IMG/VR virus record: IMGVR_UViG_3300010383_000013
Location: 1 to 50,521 of that record
DNA length: 50,521 nucleotides
Source of the DNA: a virus
Strand: one strand, 5' to 3'
Below, in pieces: positions 33,490 through 41,897 of this stretch; within the stretch, counting starts at the first letter, position 1, and the number at the start of each line of letters is the position of its first letter. Position numbers and translations under genes: made by a program. The notes beneath the pieces were generated by a model, which ran no database searches, had not been told where the DNA came from, and saw only the letters and a list, made by a program, of their open reading frames with translations.

Positions 33490-33719
33490 GCGTGTTCCTG
33501 GCAGGGTCGGGCGAGCAGCAGCTGTGGGACGGCTTCACAGAGGTTGCGGATCTCGACCCACGAGCACGCCGTGCAGCCCCAGTTCGCGGGCAGTTCGGTC
33601 CCGCAGGCGGTGCACAGGTGGGCAACGACTTCGACGACTGGGCCGGTGCCGGCGTCGAGGGGGTCGCGGATCTCGACGGGGACTGTGGTCTCGTGGGGGC
33701 AGGCGTGCGGGTTGGTCAT
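33486..33719 (-). CDS. Small zinc-ribbon-like protein
   Basis: 77 aa counted from the ATG that overlaps the upstream stop. It contains two CTAC (CxxC) motifs. Confidence 0.55.
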   Translation of the reverse strand: MTNPHACPHETTVPVEIRDPLDAGTGPVVEVVAHLCTACGTELPANWGCTACSWVEIRNLCEAVPQLLLARPCQEHA

Positions 33720-34093
33720 GCCTGGTCTCCGTCCCACAGCAGCGGCTCAGGCGGCGCGCCGACGGGTTGGCCGCACAACGTGCACCACAGCACCTCGAGC
33801 GAGCCCCGGGCCCGGCCGTCCTGGTCGTAGGACCACAGCCGCCGAGCCTCGGTGGCCGAGTGCTCGCAGACGTTGTCCTCGAAGTACCGGAACACCTCGA
33901 CCGGGTGCAGCCGCGTGTCGGCAACCGACACCGCGGCGACGTCGGCCGCACGACGCAGCCGGGTTCCGTCGACGTCGGCGACCGAGAACCCCTGGATCCG
34001 CGGCGGCGCGGCGCCGGCCTGCGGGTCGTGGACGATGCAGTCCGGGCCGGGCGTGTACTCGGTGAAGGCCTCGGGCAGCTCGTCGGGGGTCAT
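33716..34093 (-). CDS. Hypothetical Cys-containing protein
   Basis: 125 aa with ATGA overlaps at both ends. C-terminal WCTLCG. Confidence 0.55.
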   Translation of the reverse strand: MTPDELPEAFTEYTPGPDCIVHDPQAGAAPPRIQGFSVADVDGTRLRRAADVAAVSVADTRLHPVEVFRYFEDNVCEHSATEARRLWSYDQDGRARGSLEVLWCTLCGQPVGAPPEPLLWDGDQA

Positions 34094-34356
34094 GCGTACC
34101 TCCCGGCGATGGTCGGGCCACTGGAGTCCGTGCCGCGCCACGTGAGCCTGACGTCACGGAGCATCGCGGTCAGGTCGACACCGGCGTCGAGGTCCGCGCG
34201 CCGGGGTGCAGCCAGGTCGGGGACGTCGAGCAGCAGCGTCAGCCGGACGACACCATCCCGGTTGGTGTGACCGGCGCGGCGGCAGCCGGCGCAGATCTGG
34301 TCGTCGTGGCGGGTGCGGCCCGGGCAGGTGAGGCAGGTGTGGGTGCGGCGGCTCAT
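34090..34356 (-). CDS. Small zinc-ribbon-like protein
   Basis: 88 aa with CLTC...CAGC at the N-terminus. ATGA overlap with the upstream gene. Confidence 0.55.
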   Translation of the reverse strand: MSRRTHTCLTCPGRTRHDDQICAGCRRAGHTNRDGVVRLTLLLDVPDLAAPRRADLDAGVDLTAMLRDVRLTWRGTDSSGPTIAGRYA

Positions 34357-34805
34357 GCGGTGCGTTCCCATCCGGCGTCGACCAGCAGCTGCACCACGAG
34401 CGCCTCGTGGATCCGCACCCGCCCCTGGTCGTCGACCTCGAGGTGCATCCGCTTCTCGGCCACGTCGGTGTCACCGAGCCGCTTCTCCCACGTCTGCCGC
34501 TCGCGGGCGGTGTGGCGGCAGCCTTCGTCACCGATCCGGTAGCCGGGCCCGCACTCCATGCACGGCGGCGCCGGCGCGCGGAGTTCCCGGTCAGCCTCGG
34601 CCTGGCCGATAATCGCCTCGGCCGCGCGGTCGGTCAGCTCGTTCGGCTCACGCTCGCACCGGTCGGCCCGGGCGCGATCGACAGACCGCTGCAGCGCAGC
34701 GAGCAGTCCGACGGTCGGCGAAGCCGGGCACCCCGCGAGATGCATCTCGGCGGTGCAGGTCGGCCGGTTGGTGCACTCGTCGAGGAGCGCGCGCTGGTCG
34801 CTCAC
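34353..34805 (-). CDS. Hypothetical Cys-rich protein
   Basis: 150 aa with a GTG start in a GTGA overlap. Contains CMECG...GCRH. Confidence 0.55.
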   Translation of the reverse strand: MSDQRALLDECTNRPTCTAEMHLAGCPASPTVGLLAALQRSVDRARADRCEREPNELTDRAAEAIIGQAEADRELRAPAPPCMECGPGYRIGDEGCRHTARERQTWEKRLGDTDVAEKRMHLEVDDQGRVRIHEALVVQLLVDAGWERTA

Positions 34806-35035
34806 CGGGTCACCTCCGCCCAGTACCAGCGGCTGCCCTTGCCCTGGCGCAGCACGAGCTGCTGCCCGCAGCCGTTCGGGCAGGTCCAGGTGAACCCCTC
34901 ACCGAAACGGCGTCGAGCGCGCTCGGTCTGTAGGTCGGTCGGCTCGGTGGCACACAGCGGCGCGGGCCGCTCCGGCGGAGGCGGCGGCGTGGTGTCCGGG
35001 ATCAGCGCGCGGAGGCCACGCCCGAGCCCGGTCAC
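34802..35035 (-). CDS. Hypothetical protein
   Basis: 77 aa counted from the GTG in a GTGA overlap. Contains WTCPNGCG. Confidence 0.5.
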   Translation of the reverse strand: MTGLGRGLRALIPDTTPPPPPERPAPLCATEPTDLQTERARRRFGEGFTWTCPNGCGQQLVLRQGKGSRWYWAEVTR

Positions 35036-35343
35036 CGGGTCGCCTCCCCCGGGCAGCGGCGCAGGCGAAGCCGCGGCGTGTACAGCTCCTCGCACAGGTA
35101 GCAGCCGACCGCCGGCCGCATCAGCAGCGTGTCCGCGTCCAGCAGCGGCGTACCGTCCTTCCCGTCGTACACGTCGAGGGTGCCGTCGGTGGCCTTGTGC
35201 ATCAGCGTGACCACCCACAGGTGCGTCTGCGACTTGAGCGCGTACGACCGCTCGGCCTCGAACCGGTCCTCGGCCTGCAGCTGCCGGTGGCCGGAGACCT
35301 CCTGGTGGTCACCGAGCCCCGTCCACTCCCGCTCCTCGCTCAT
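35032..35343 (-). CDS. Hypothetical protein
   Basis: 103 aa. Its ATG shares 1 nt with the upstream stop (TGATG arrangement). Confidence 0.55.
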   Translation of the reverse strand: MSEEREWTGLGDHQEVSGHRQLQAEDRFEAERSYALKSQTHLWVVTLMHKATDGTLDVYDGKDGTPLLDADTLLMRPAVGCYLCEELYTPRLRLRRCPGEATR

Positions 35344-35645
35344 CAGGCACGCTCCTCGGTCGTCGGGACGTCCCACACGGTCATCGAGTGCATGACCATC
35401 CGCGGGGCGTACTGGATCAGCTCGATGAACCCGCCCGCCGCCAGTGCCTGGAGCTGCTCGGGGGTGGGGCGCCAGTAGTTGGCGTACATGGGGAACCCGT
35501 CGGAGCTGCCGACGAGTGCCTCGACGGTGCCGCATTCCTGGTCGCTGATGCCGGGTGGTGGGCCGATGCGGAGGGCGCGGCAGTCGGGGCGTGCTGCTGC
35601 GGCTTCGGGTGGGATGGGGATGGGGGTCATGCACATGTTGGTCAT
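35343..35645 (-). CDS. Hypothetical protein
   Basis: 100 aa. Its ATG overlaps the HNH stop (ATGA). Alternative ATGs lie 9 and 15 nt downstream. Confidence 0.55.
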   Translation of the reverse strand: MTNMCMTPIPIPPEAAAARPDCRALRIGPPPGISDQECGTVEALVGSSDGFPMYANYWRPTPEQLQALAAGGFIELIQYAPRMVMHSMTVWDVPTTEERA

Positions 35646-36022
35646 CGGGTCTCCTGGGTGTCGAGGTCGAACAAGCCGGCCAGGCCGGCGGACTCAGCCC
35701 GACGCGTCTCAGCGCGCGTCGCGGCGTGGTGGTCGCGGTCGTAGTGCAGGTGGCAGCCCTGGCACATCGCCCGCAGGTTCGGCGGGTCGCAGTTCTCCGG
35801 CGTGTGATCGAGGTGCGCCGTGGTCAGCACCACCCGCGACCCGGTCTGGAAGGCGGGCTGCCCGTGCCTGTTGCGGCACCGCTCGTCGACGTCGAGGTGC
35901 ACGTAGGGCCGACCGCACTCACCGGTGCACTCACACCGCCATCCGGCGCGCTCCTTGATGCCCGCGCTGATCGCCGGCCAGTCGGCGGGGTAGCGGCCGC
36001 GGTTCTCAGGACGGATCGGCAT
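35642..36022 (-). CDS. HNH endonuclease
   Basis: 126 aa. WRCECTGECG...LTTAHLDHTPENCDPPNLRAMCQGCHLHYD is an HNH/zinc-finger signature. Confidence 0.9.
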   Translation of the reverse strand: MPIRPENRGRYPADWPAISAGIKERAGWRCECTGECGRPYVHLDVDERCRNRHGQPAFQTGSRVVLTTAHLDHTPENCDPPNLRAMCQGCHLHYDRDHHAATRAETRRAESAGLAGLFDLDTQETR

Positions 36023-36153
36023 CACAGCCGCCTTCCGCAGCGGCGACAGCGCCGGTCCACCACGCCCCACTCCTGCACAGGGAAGCCGAGCAGGACGGTT
36101 CGCACTCGATGGTCGACATCGAAGCCGATGAGTCGGCAGACCAGGTGCCTCAC
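36022..36153 (-). CDS. Small coupled ORF (43 aa, C-terminal CRRCG; below ORF-track cutoff from this start)
   Basis: The GTG overlaps the upstream stop (GTGA), and its stop shares 1 nt with the HNH ATG (TGATG arrangement). Confidence 0.45.
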   Translation of the reverse strand: MRHLVCRLIGFDVDHRVRTVLLGFPVQEWGVVDRRCRRCGRRL

Positions 36154-36818
36154 GACGCCTCTCCCGTCCCGAGCTCGCCGGCCACCACCGCACCAGCACG
36201 ACTGCGGCGCATCGCCTCCAGGAACCCACCCACAACGACGTCGACCTGGGCGCGGGTCATCCCCTCCCCGATCCCCGCCTCCAGCCCGCTGCGGAGCCAC
36301 GACAGCATCAGGTCCGCCTGACCCTGCTGAACCTCCACCGCGCGACTGGCGATCCCCAGCCGCCCCATCGCCTCCAGCACGCCCCGCAGCTCCCGCTGCT
36401 GCTTCAACCACGCCACCCCCGCGGGGCTTTCGACCGCGACCGGCGCCATCCCACACACCTCGCACGCGTCACCCGGCCCGAGCATCGCCCCCAGCAGATC
36501 CACCGCCTGCCGCATCTGACCGGCCAGCAGCTGCAGCTCCCCGAACGGGTCCTTCACCGGCGCCGCGTCCCGGTTCCACAGCAGCGACGACGCCAGCTGC
36601 GCAGCCTCCTGCTCACGCAGCGCCCGCTCCGCTGCGGCCTTCACCTGAGGAGCAGCGCCACCATGGGTCCGGCAGACCGTCGCGCCCTTGATGGGCTGCT
36701 TCCGGCAGCGGCCGCGGGTGGTGGTGCCGACGCAGCGGGGGAGGTTGCATTCGAGGGGGCAGGGGCCGGTGCTGGGGTTGGCTGGTGCGTGGGTCTGGGG
36801 TGTGCAGGTGGTGGTCAT
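36150..36818 (-). CDS. Hypothetical protein with N-terminal Cys cluster ending in HGG
   Basis: 222 aa. CPLECNLPRC...GRCRKQPIKGATVCRTHGG is followed by a helical region. This is a possible DNA-binding or small-terminase-like protein, at low confidence. Confidence 0.6.
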   Translation of the reverse strand: MTTTCTPQTHAPANPSTGPCPLECNLPRCVGTTTRGRCRKQPIKGATVCRTHGGAAPQVKAAAERALREQEAAQLASSLLWNRDAAPVKDPFGELQLLAGQMRQAVDLLGAMLGPGDACEVCGMAPVAVESPAGVAWLKQQRELRGVLEAMGRLGIASRAVEVQQGQADLMLSWLRSGLEAGIGEGMTRAQVDVVVGGFLEAMRRSRAGAVVAGELGTGEAS

Positions 36819-36831
36819 CGGGTGGTCCTGC

Positions 36832-37005
36832 TGAGGTCGTCCCTGACCTCGTCCCGGGGGACGAGGTGGAGGGGGTTGGCGAAGGGGTGTCTAGGACGCC
36901 TCAGTGCGACCTCGTCCCCCGTAGGGGTGGGGGACGACGGACGAGGTCGCATGGGTGAGGTCGTCCCGCGCGGCGGGACGAGGTGGGGACGAGGTGGGAC
37001 GAGGT
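36832..37005. repeat. Iteron-like array of about 10 copies of GGGACGAGGT / ACCTCGTCCC
   Basis: Forward copies lie at 36858, 36938 (9/10 match), 36975, 36986 and 36996. Reverse copies lie at 36846 and 36909. TGAGGTCGTCCC occurs at 36832 and 36956, and a degenerate copy at 36931. The last three forward copies are phased at 11 and 10 bp. Confidence 0.85.
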
Positions 37006-37017
37006 CGTGTGGGTGGG

Positions 37018-38694
37018 TCATGATCCGTCCCTTCCGGGGTGGTCTGTCGGGTCGGTTTCGGGGGTGTCTTCTGGGTCGTCGGTGGGGTCTTGGCCGGGCT
37101 GGTAGTAGGCCTTCTGGTGGAAGTGCTGGATGGCGCCGCGGGGGCCGGCCTTGGTGCCGATGTACTGGCGCTGGATGAGGAGCTCGATGGCGAGGCGGAT
37201 GACGGTGGCCTTGCCGTTGACGGCGCCTTCGATGGCCTTCTTGGACATGCCGGGGTTGGCCTGGACGTAGCGGGAGACCTTCTCCATGACGTAGGTGGGT
37301 TCGAAGGTCTCGCCGGTGGTCTTGCCGTCGTCGGGTGGGTCGAGGCGGGCGATGAGGACGACGTCGCCGCGGGTGGCGTCGAGGGTGAACTTGGCGATGC
37401 GCTTGGGGCCGTGGGTGTGTTCGCGGACCCAGCCGGGGCGGTCCTTGGCGATCTCGACGGCGGCTTCGCCGAGGCGGCCGCGGGCGAACGGCTTGATCAT
37501 CTTGACCATGTAGGCGACGCCGTCGATGCCGGCGAGCTTGTGCTGGGCGCCGACGGCGTGGCGGTCCTGCTTCTCCTTGTCCTTGACGACGTGGTCGATG
37601 AGGACGACGGCGGGGCCGTGGTCGGCGACCCAGCGGGGGAGGAGGCCTTGGAAGGTGGCGGAGTCGGCGTTGGAGTTGAGGTCGAGGCCGTGCATGGTCA
37701 TGGCTTCGGTGACGCCGTCCATGATGACGAGGCGGGCGCCGGCGAGGGCGGGGGCGAGTTGGGCGCGGCCGTCGTCGTCGAGGGGGCGGTCGGGGCGGAT
37801 GTAGGCGAAGTGGTCGCGGACTTGGGTGGGGGTGGCGCCGAGGGCGAGGAGGCGGCCGACGACGCGGTCGGCGCGGTCTTCGAAGTCGATGAAGACGCAG
37901 CGTTCGCCGTCGCCGATGAGTTGGAGGACGGCGAGGAGGGTGAGCCAGGTCTTCCCGGACTCGCTCTCGCCGGCGACGGTGTGGACGGAGCCGTCGTAGA
38001 ACATGTAGACGCCGTCGGAGCGCATGAGCATGGTGGGGGGTGGGTCGAGGTATTCGCCTTGGAGGACGGCGTCGAGCGCGACGGGTGACCAGGTGGTGGG
38101 CGCGGCGGGGTTGGCGAGCTGCTCGCGGGCCTCGGCGAGTTCGGTGAGGGTGGTGTTGAGGACGTCGTCGACGTCGTGGTCGGGGCCGGGTGTGCGGAGG
38201 AGCTGGAGGCCGCGGGTGAGGCGGTCGATGGCGCGGCGGCGGCGTGCGAGGGAGTCGACGCGGCGGGCGTAGTACTCGACGTCGATCTCGGTGGCGGCGC
38301 GGGCTTCGAGGGTGTGGATGTAGGGGCCGCCGCCGACGCGGATGAGGTCGCCGTTGTCGAGGAGGGCGCCGACGAGGCTGGTGGAGGTGATGGGGTGGCC
38401 GTCGGCGTGGAGGGTGTGGAGGGTGCGCCAGATGGTTTCGTGGGCGGGTCGGTAGAAGTCCGGGGCGGTGAGGTGGCGGGCGGCGGTGTCGAGGGCGCCG
38501 GGGGTGGTCATGGCGAGGCCGAGGACGATCTGTTCGGCTTCGGTGTCCTGGGGTGGGATGTCGCCGCGCGCGTGGCTGGCGGCGGGGTCGCGTGGGCCTC
38601 GGGGGTCCCAGCCGGCGGGGGTGGTGGGCTCGCCTGGGTCGTCGTCCCAGTAGGGAGGCTCGTCGACGGGTGGACGGTCGTCGATGTCGGTCAA
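37018..38694 (-). CDS. Replicative helicase: DnaB N-terminal domain fused to RepA/AAA_25-type RecA-like ATPase
   Basis: 558 aa. EAEQIVLGLAM...FYRPAHETIW is the DnaB N-terminal domain. Walker A is GESESGKTW, and the Walker B-like motif is RLVIMDGV. The TTG start is uncertain. Confidence 0.85.
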   Translation of the reverse strand: MTDIDDRPPVDEPPYWDDDPGEPTTPAGWDPRGPRDPAASHARGDIPPQDTEAEQIVLGLAMTTPGALDTAARHLTAPDFYRPAHETIWRTLHTLHADGHPITSTSLVGALLDNGDLIRVGGGPYIHTLEARAATEIDVEYYARRVDSLARRRRAIDRLTRGLQLLRTPGPDHDVDDVLNTTLTELAEAREQLANPAAPTTWSPVALDAVLQGEYLDPPPTMLMRSDGVYMFYDGSVHTVAGESESGKTWLTLLAVLQLIGDGERCVFIDFEDRADRVVGRLLALGATPTQVRDHFAYIRPDRPLDDDGRAQLAPALAGARLVIMDGVTEAMTMHGLDLNSNADSATFQGLLPRWVADHGPAVVLIDHVVKDKEKQDRHAVGAQHKLAGIDGVAYMVKMIKPFARGRLGEAAVEIAKDRPGWVREHTHGPKRIAKFTLDATRGDVVLIARLDPPDDGKTTGETFEPTYVMEKVSRYVQANPGMSKKAIEGAVNGKATVIRLAIELLIQRQYIGTKAGPRGAIQHFHQKAYYQPGQDPTDDPEDTPETDPTDHPGRDGS

Positions 38695-38958
38695 CGCGTG
38701 GGTCCCTCGGTGTCGCGTGTGTCCCGGCCGGCGGTGTGGGAAGTCCGGCGGGTGCTGCTTGTGGTGCCGTGGTGCTCGGTGGTGCTCGAGGGGGTGTCTG
38801 GGTGGGGCAGGTACGCCCGGCCTGGAAAGGAAGGCGCGGGAGAGCCGGTGTCAGGCCGTTGCCCTGGTGATCTGGCGTCCTTCGCCGGGCCTGCATCGGG
38901 CCGCACGCTCGCCCTGCTCCCGCTCTCCGGCGTTGACCCCGACCCAGACGGGTCTTGG

Positions 38959-39594
38959 CTAGGTCGTGACGGGCTCGTCGGCCGCGGGGTGGACAGCGGC
39001 GTCCTCGGTCTGGTTGCACTCGACGCAGGTGCCGTCGCCGTCGTCGATGAACTCGTGGGGCTCGTAGGACGGGTCGTCGGGGTCCGGTTCCTCGCCGGTC
39101 TCGTCCCCGTCGCCGGCGTCGCTCTCGCTGGCCTCGAACGGGTCGACCAGGGCGGCGCGGTCGGCGTGGATCGGCGCGCCCTCGTGCTGGCCGCAGACGT
39201 CGCAGGGCGCGTTGTCGTCGGTGGACAGCGTGGAGGCCAGGTAGGGGTGGGGCTTGTACCGGTCGCCGTTGGCCAGGACGTCCTTGACCTTCGGGGCTGG
39301 GCCGTCGAGCTCGAGGTCGGGGCCCTCCTCGGCGACCCGGCGGTTGTAGTGGGCGGTCTTGGCGATCTCGCGGACGTGGTCGGCGGCGCCGGCGTCCTCG
39401 GGGATGACCTCGAGGTTCTGGATGGCGAGCTTGACGGTCTCGTCGCCCTTGAGGTTCTCTCCGCGGGACTCGGAGCGGACCTCGGCGACGATGGTGATGG
39501 TCTTGCCGAGGTTGTCGTGGAGGGCCTTGGCGATCTCGTCGGTGATGCCGGTGCCCTTGGTGCCCTTGGCGTTGATCTGTGCGGTGGTGCTCAT
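38959..39594 (-). CDS. Hypothetical protein with acidic C-terminal half
   Basis: 211 aa. The ATG overlaps the upstream stop (ATGA). Contains CDVCG...H and CVEC motifs. Confidence 0.6.
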   Translation of the reverse strand: MSTTAQINAKGTKGTGITDEIAKALHDNLGKTITIVAEVRSESRGENLKGDETVKLAIQNLEVIPEDAGAADHVREIAKTAHYNRRVAEEGPDLELDGPAPKVKDVLANGDRYKPHPYLASTLSTDDNAPCDVCGQHEGAPIHADRAALVDPFEASESDAGDGDETGEEPDPDDPSYEPHEFIDDGDGTCVECNQTEDAAVHPAADEPVTT

Positions 39595-41321
39595 GCGGTG
39601 GTGTCTCCTGTCGAGTCGGATGCTGCTGGGGTCGGGTGTGCTGCTGCGTAGGCCTCGACGAGGCCGAGGGCGGGGAGGCCGCGGCTGATCGAGGTGATGA
39701 GGCCCTGGGCGAGGGCCCAGTCCTTGACCTGGCGGCTGGTGGCGTCGGCGGCTGCGAGGGCTTTGCGGAGGCGGCCGAGGGTGTCGATGCCGGGTGCGAC
39801 GCGGCGGCCGTGTCGTGCGATGCCGTGGCGTTCGAGGATGGGGTAGATCGAGGCGGGGTTGACGTCGTAGTCGGCGGCGATGACGGTGGCTGGCTCGCCG
39901 GCGGTGTAGCGGTCGACGATCAGCTGGTGCTGGTCGGGCTGGATCTTGGTGGGGTGGCCGATGCCGGCCATGGAGCGGACGTTGGCGGGTGGCCGGGCGG
40001 GGATCTCGGCTCGGGCCATGACGGTCTGGACGACCTTCACGCCGATGCCGAGACGCTCGCCGACCTGGGCTTGGGTGAGCTCCTCGTCGACGTACAGGCG
40101 GCGCACGTCGGCGATGAGCTGCTCGTCGTACTCGCGCTGCTGGGTGCCGGCGATCGGTCCGCGCTTGCGGAGCGGGATGCCGCGGTCGATCAGGTGCCGG
40201 CGGATGGTCGCGGTGGCGTACCCGGTCTCCTCGTGGACCTGCTTGATCGTCTTCCCGTCGGTGTAGAGGGTGACGATGCGGTCGACGTCGACGTGGCTTC
40301 CGCCGCGGCGGCGCTGGCGGCGGGCCTCGTCGGTGTCCATGACCCGGCGCCTGGGTGCGCTGGTCGTGCTGGCCGGCCGCGCGACGGCTTCCCCTTCCGT
40401 GCGCGCGGCCGGCCGGCCGGCTCCGCCGAGCCCCGGGGGATTGGGCTCGACGGAGGTCTGTGGGGTGGTCTGGCCCGCGCCGGCGGGGGTCGAGGTCACC
40501 GGCGCGGGGGTCTGGGTGTGACGGGGGGTGTGGAGCTGGGTGTAGAGGTGGAGGGCTTCGATCGCGGAGAGCACGTTGAGGCGCAGCAGGCGTACGACGT
40601 GGTCGTCGGAGCCGGCGGTGGCGCGCAGGACGCGTTCGGCGTGCTGGATCTGGGCGTCGAGGTTCGCGGCGTCGCTGTACGGCAGGGGGAGCTCGGTGAC
40701 GTTGTCCGGGAGGCCGGCGGCCGCGTCAGGGCGCATCTCCTGAGCGGCCGCCGGGTTCTTCTCCTGGTGTGCGGCAGAACCAGCACCCGGGGCCGAACCC
40801 GGGTCGCTGCTGGGTGATGTCGCCCGCGGTGCGCTGCTCCGCGTCGTCGGCCTGCCCTGATTACCTGCCTTGTGGGGGTCCTTGGGTGCCTGGATGTGGT
40901 CGTCCGGGCGGGTGAGGCGCGCGGCTGCGTCGTTGAGGGCGCCCGCAGCCGCGGCGACGTCCGGGTCGGTGGCTTCGAGGTCGGCGAGCGCGCGGCCGAG
41001 CTGGGTGTCGTCGGGGCCGGTGAAGCGGCGCAGCAGTTCGTCCTCGGGCAGCTCCACGGCGCCGTACGCGGTGCGGCGGGTCTTCTTGGGCTTGGTTGGG
41101 TTGACGCCGCGGCAGGGCGGGCAGAGCTCGCCGGCGCCGAGCTGCCCGGAGCGCTGGCCGCAGCCCTTGCAGATGGGGGTGAGGGCGTCCCAGTTGAGGC
41201 CGGTGGGCTTGGGCTTGGCGGGGGTGTGGTCGCGTCGTACGCCGGTGTCGTCGTGGCGGGGGAGTTCGATGCCCTGGGTGCCGCCGACGTAGGGGGCCGC
41301 GTTGCCGATCGTCTTGACCAT
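39591..41321 (-). CDS. Multi-HTH DNA-binding protein with N-terminal zinc ribbon and C-terminal Lsr2-like DNA-binding domain
   Basis: 576 aa. The N-terminus has CKGCG...CPPC. Three tandem HTH modules are present (TIKQVHEETGYATATIRRHL; LTQAQVGERLGIGVKVVQTVM; PATVIAADYDVNPASIYPIL). The tail SRQVKDWALAQGL.TSISRGLPALGLVEAYAAAH resembles the Lsr2 C-terminal domain. Confidence 0.7.
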   Translation of the reverse strand: MVKTIGNAAPYVGGTQGIELPRHDDTGVRRDHTPAKPKPTGLNWDALTPICKGCGQRSGQLGAGELCPPCRGVNPTKPKKTRRTAYGAVELPEDELLRRFTGPDDTQLGRALADLEATDPDVAAAAGALNDAAARLTRPDDHIQAPKDPHKAGNQGRPTTRSSAPRATSPSSDPGSAPGAGSAAHQEKNPAAAQEMRPDAAAGLPDNVTELPLPYSDAANLDAQIQHAERVLRATAGSDDHVVRLLRLNVLSAIEALHLYTQLHTPRHTQTPAPVTSTPAGAGQTTPQTSVEPNPPGLGGAGRPAARTEGEAVARPASTTSAPRRRVMDTDEARRQRRRGGSHVDVDRIVTLYTDGKTIKQVHEETGYATATIRRHLIDRGIPLRKRGPIAGTQQREYDEQLIADVRRLYVDEELTQAQVGERLGIGVKVVQTVMARAEIPARPPANVRSMAGIGHPTKIQPDQHQLIVDRYTAGEPATVIAADYDVNPASIYPILERHGIARHGRRVAPGIDTLGRLRKALAAADATSRQVKDWALAQGLITSISRGLPALGLVEAYAAAHPTPAASDSTGDTTA

Positions 41322-41428
41322 CAGGCACCCCCGCGCGTTCCGGTGGTGAGGATGAGGGCGACCAGGAGGGCGAGGACGACGAGCATCACGGCGGCGATGC
41401 CGGCGGCGTGGAGGTCGGGGCGCTTCAC
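41321..41428 (-). CDS. Small membrane protein (35 aa)
   Basis: The GTG start sits in a GTGA overlap. TM segment AAGIAAVMLVVLALLVALILT. Confidence 0.45.
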   Translation of the reverse strand: MKRPDLHAAGIAAVMLVVLALLVALILTTGTRGGA

Positions 41429-41667
41429 GAGTCGCTCCCGTGGGTGGCGGCGCGGGGGACGGCGGTCACCAGGGCCTTGGTGGTGGCCATGTCCTTGCGG
41501 CACTCGGCTGCGTCGCACCACGCGGTGACGCCGATCTGGGGGCCGGTGGACCAGCCCTCGTCGAGCCAGAGTCCGCGGACGGTGGCGTCGTCTCCGCACA
41601 CGACGCAGTGCGTGGCCTCGTCGGGCTGGTCGATGGCTAGGAGGAGGACCTCTGCGAACGCGATCAC
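41425..41667 (-). CDS. Small Cys-containing protein
   Basis: 80 aa counted from the GTG in a GTGA overlap. Contains HCVVCG...WCDAAEC. Confidence 0.5.
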   Translation of the reverse strand: MIAFAEVLLLAIDQPDEATHCVVCGDDATVRGLWLDEGWSTGPQIGVTAWCDAAECRKDMATTKALVTAVPRAATHGSDS

Positions 41668-41897
41668 GACGTCGCCCCCGTGGTCGGTCCGGGCGAAGTG
41701 ACTACAGCGAGATGGACCGCCTCGGGCCTCGCTGCTGTCGCCCATGCGCGCCGCACGACATAGTCGCCGTCCTGCATCGGGGGAAGATCGACCACGGTCG
41801 ATGAGACGGCCAGCAGCGCCCCATTGGCCTCGTAGTGCTCGAAGAGGACGAGTCCTTGGACAGCCGGGGCACGCAGGTCGATGGCAGCGTCAGACAT
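41664..41897 (-). CDS. Hypothetical protein
   Basis: 77 aa counted from the ATG at 41897. Confidence 0.5.
   Translation of the reverse strand: MSDAAIDLRAPAVQGLVLFEHYEANGALLAVSSTVVDLPPMQDGDYVVRRAWATAARPEAVHLAVVTSPGPTTGATS

Noticed and set aside
36832-37005. Possible CRISPR array.
   Set aside because: The repeats are only 10-12 bp, occur in both orientations, and are separated by 0-50 bp without spacer-like unique units. There are no cas genes.
36815-39019. 734-aa minus-strand ORF, extremely Arg/Pro-rich.
   Set aside because: It is an alternative frame of the DnaB-like helicase gene, and its composition is not protein-like. Only its last 45 codons (36815..36952, ATG start, ATGA overlap with the next gene) could be a real mini-ORF. 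That stretch coincides with the bidirectional iteron repeats, so a DNA-level function is favoured.
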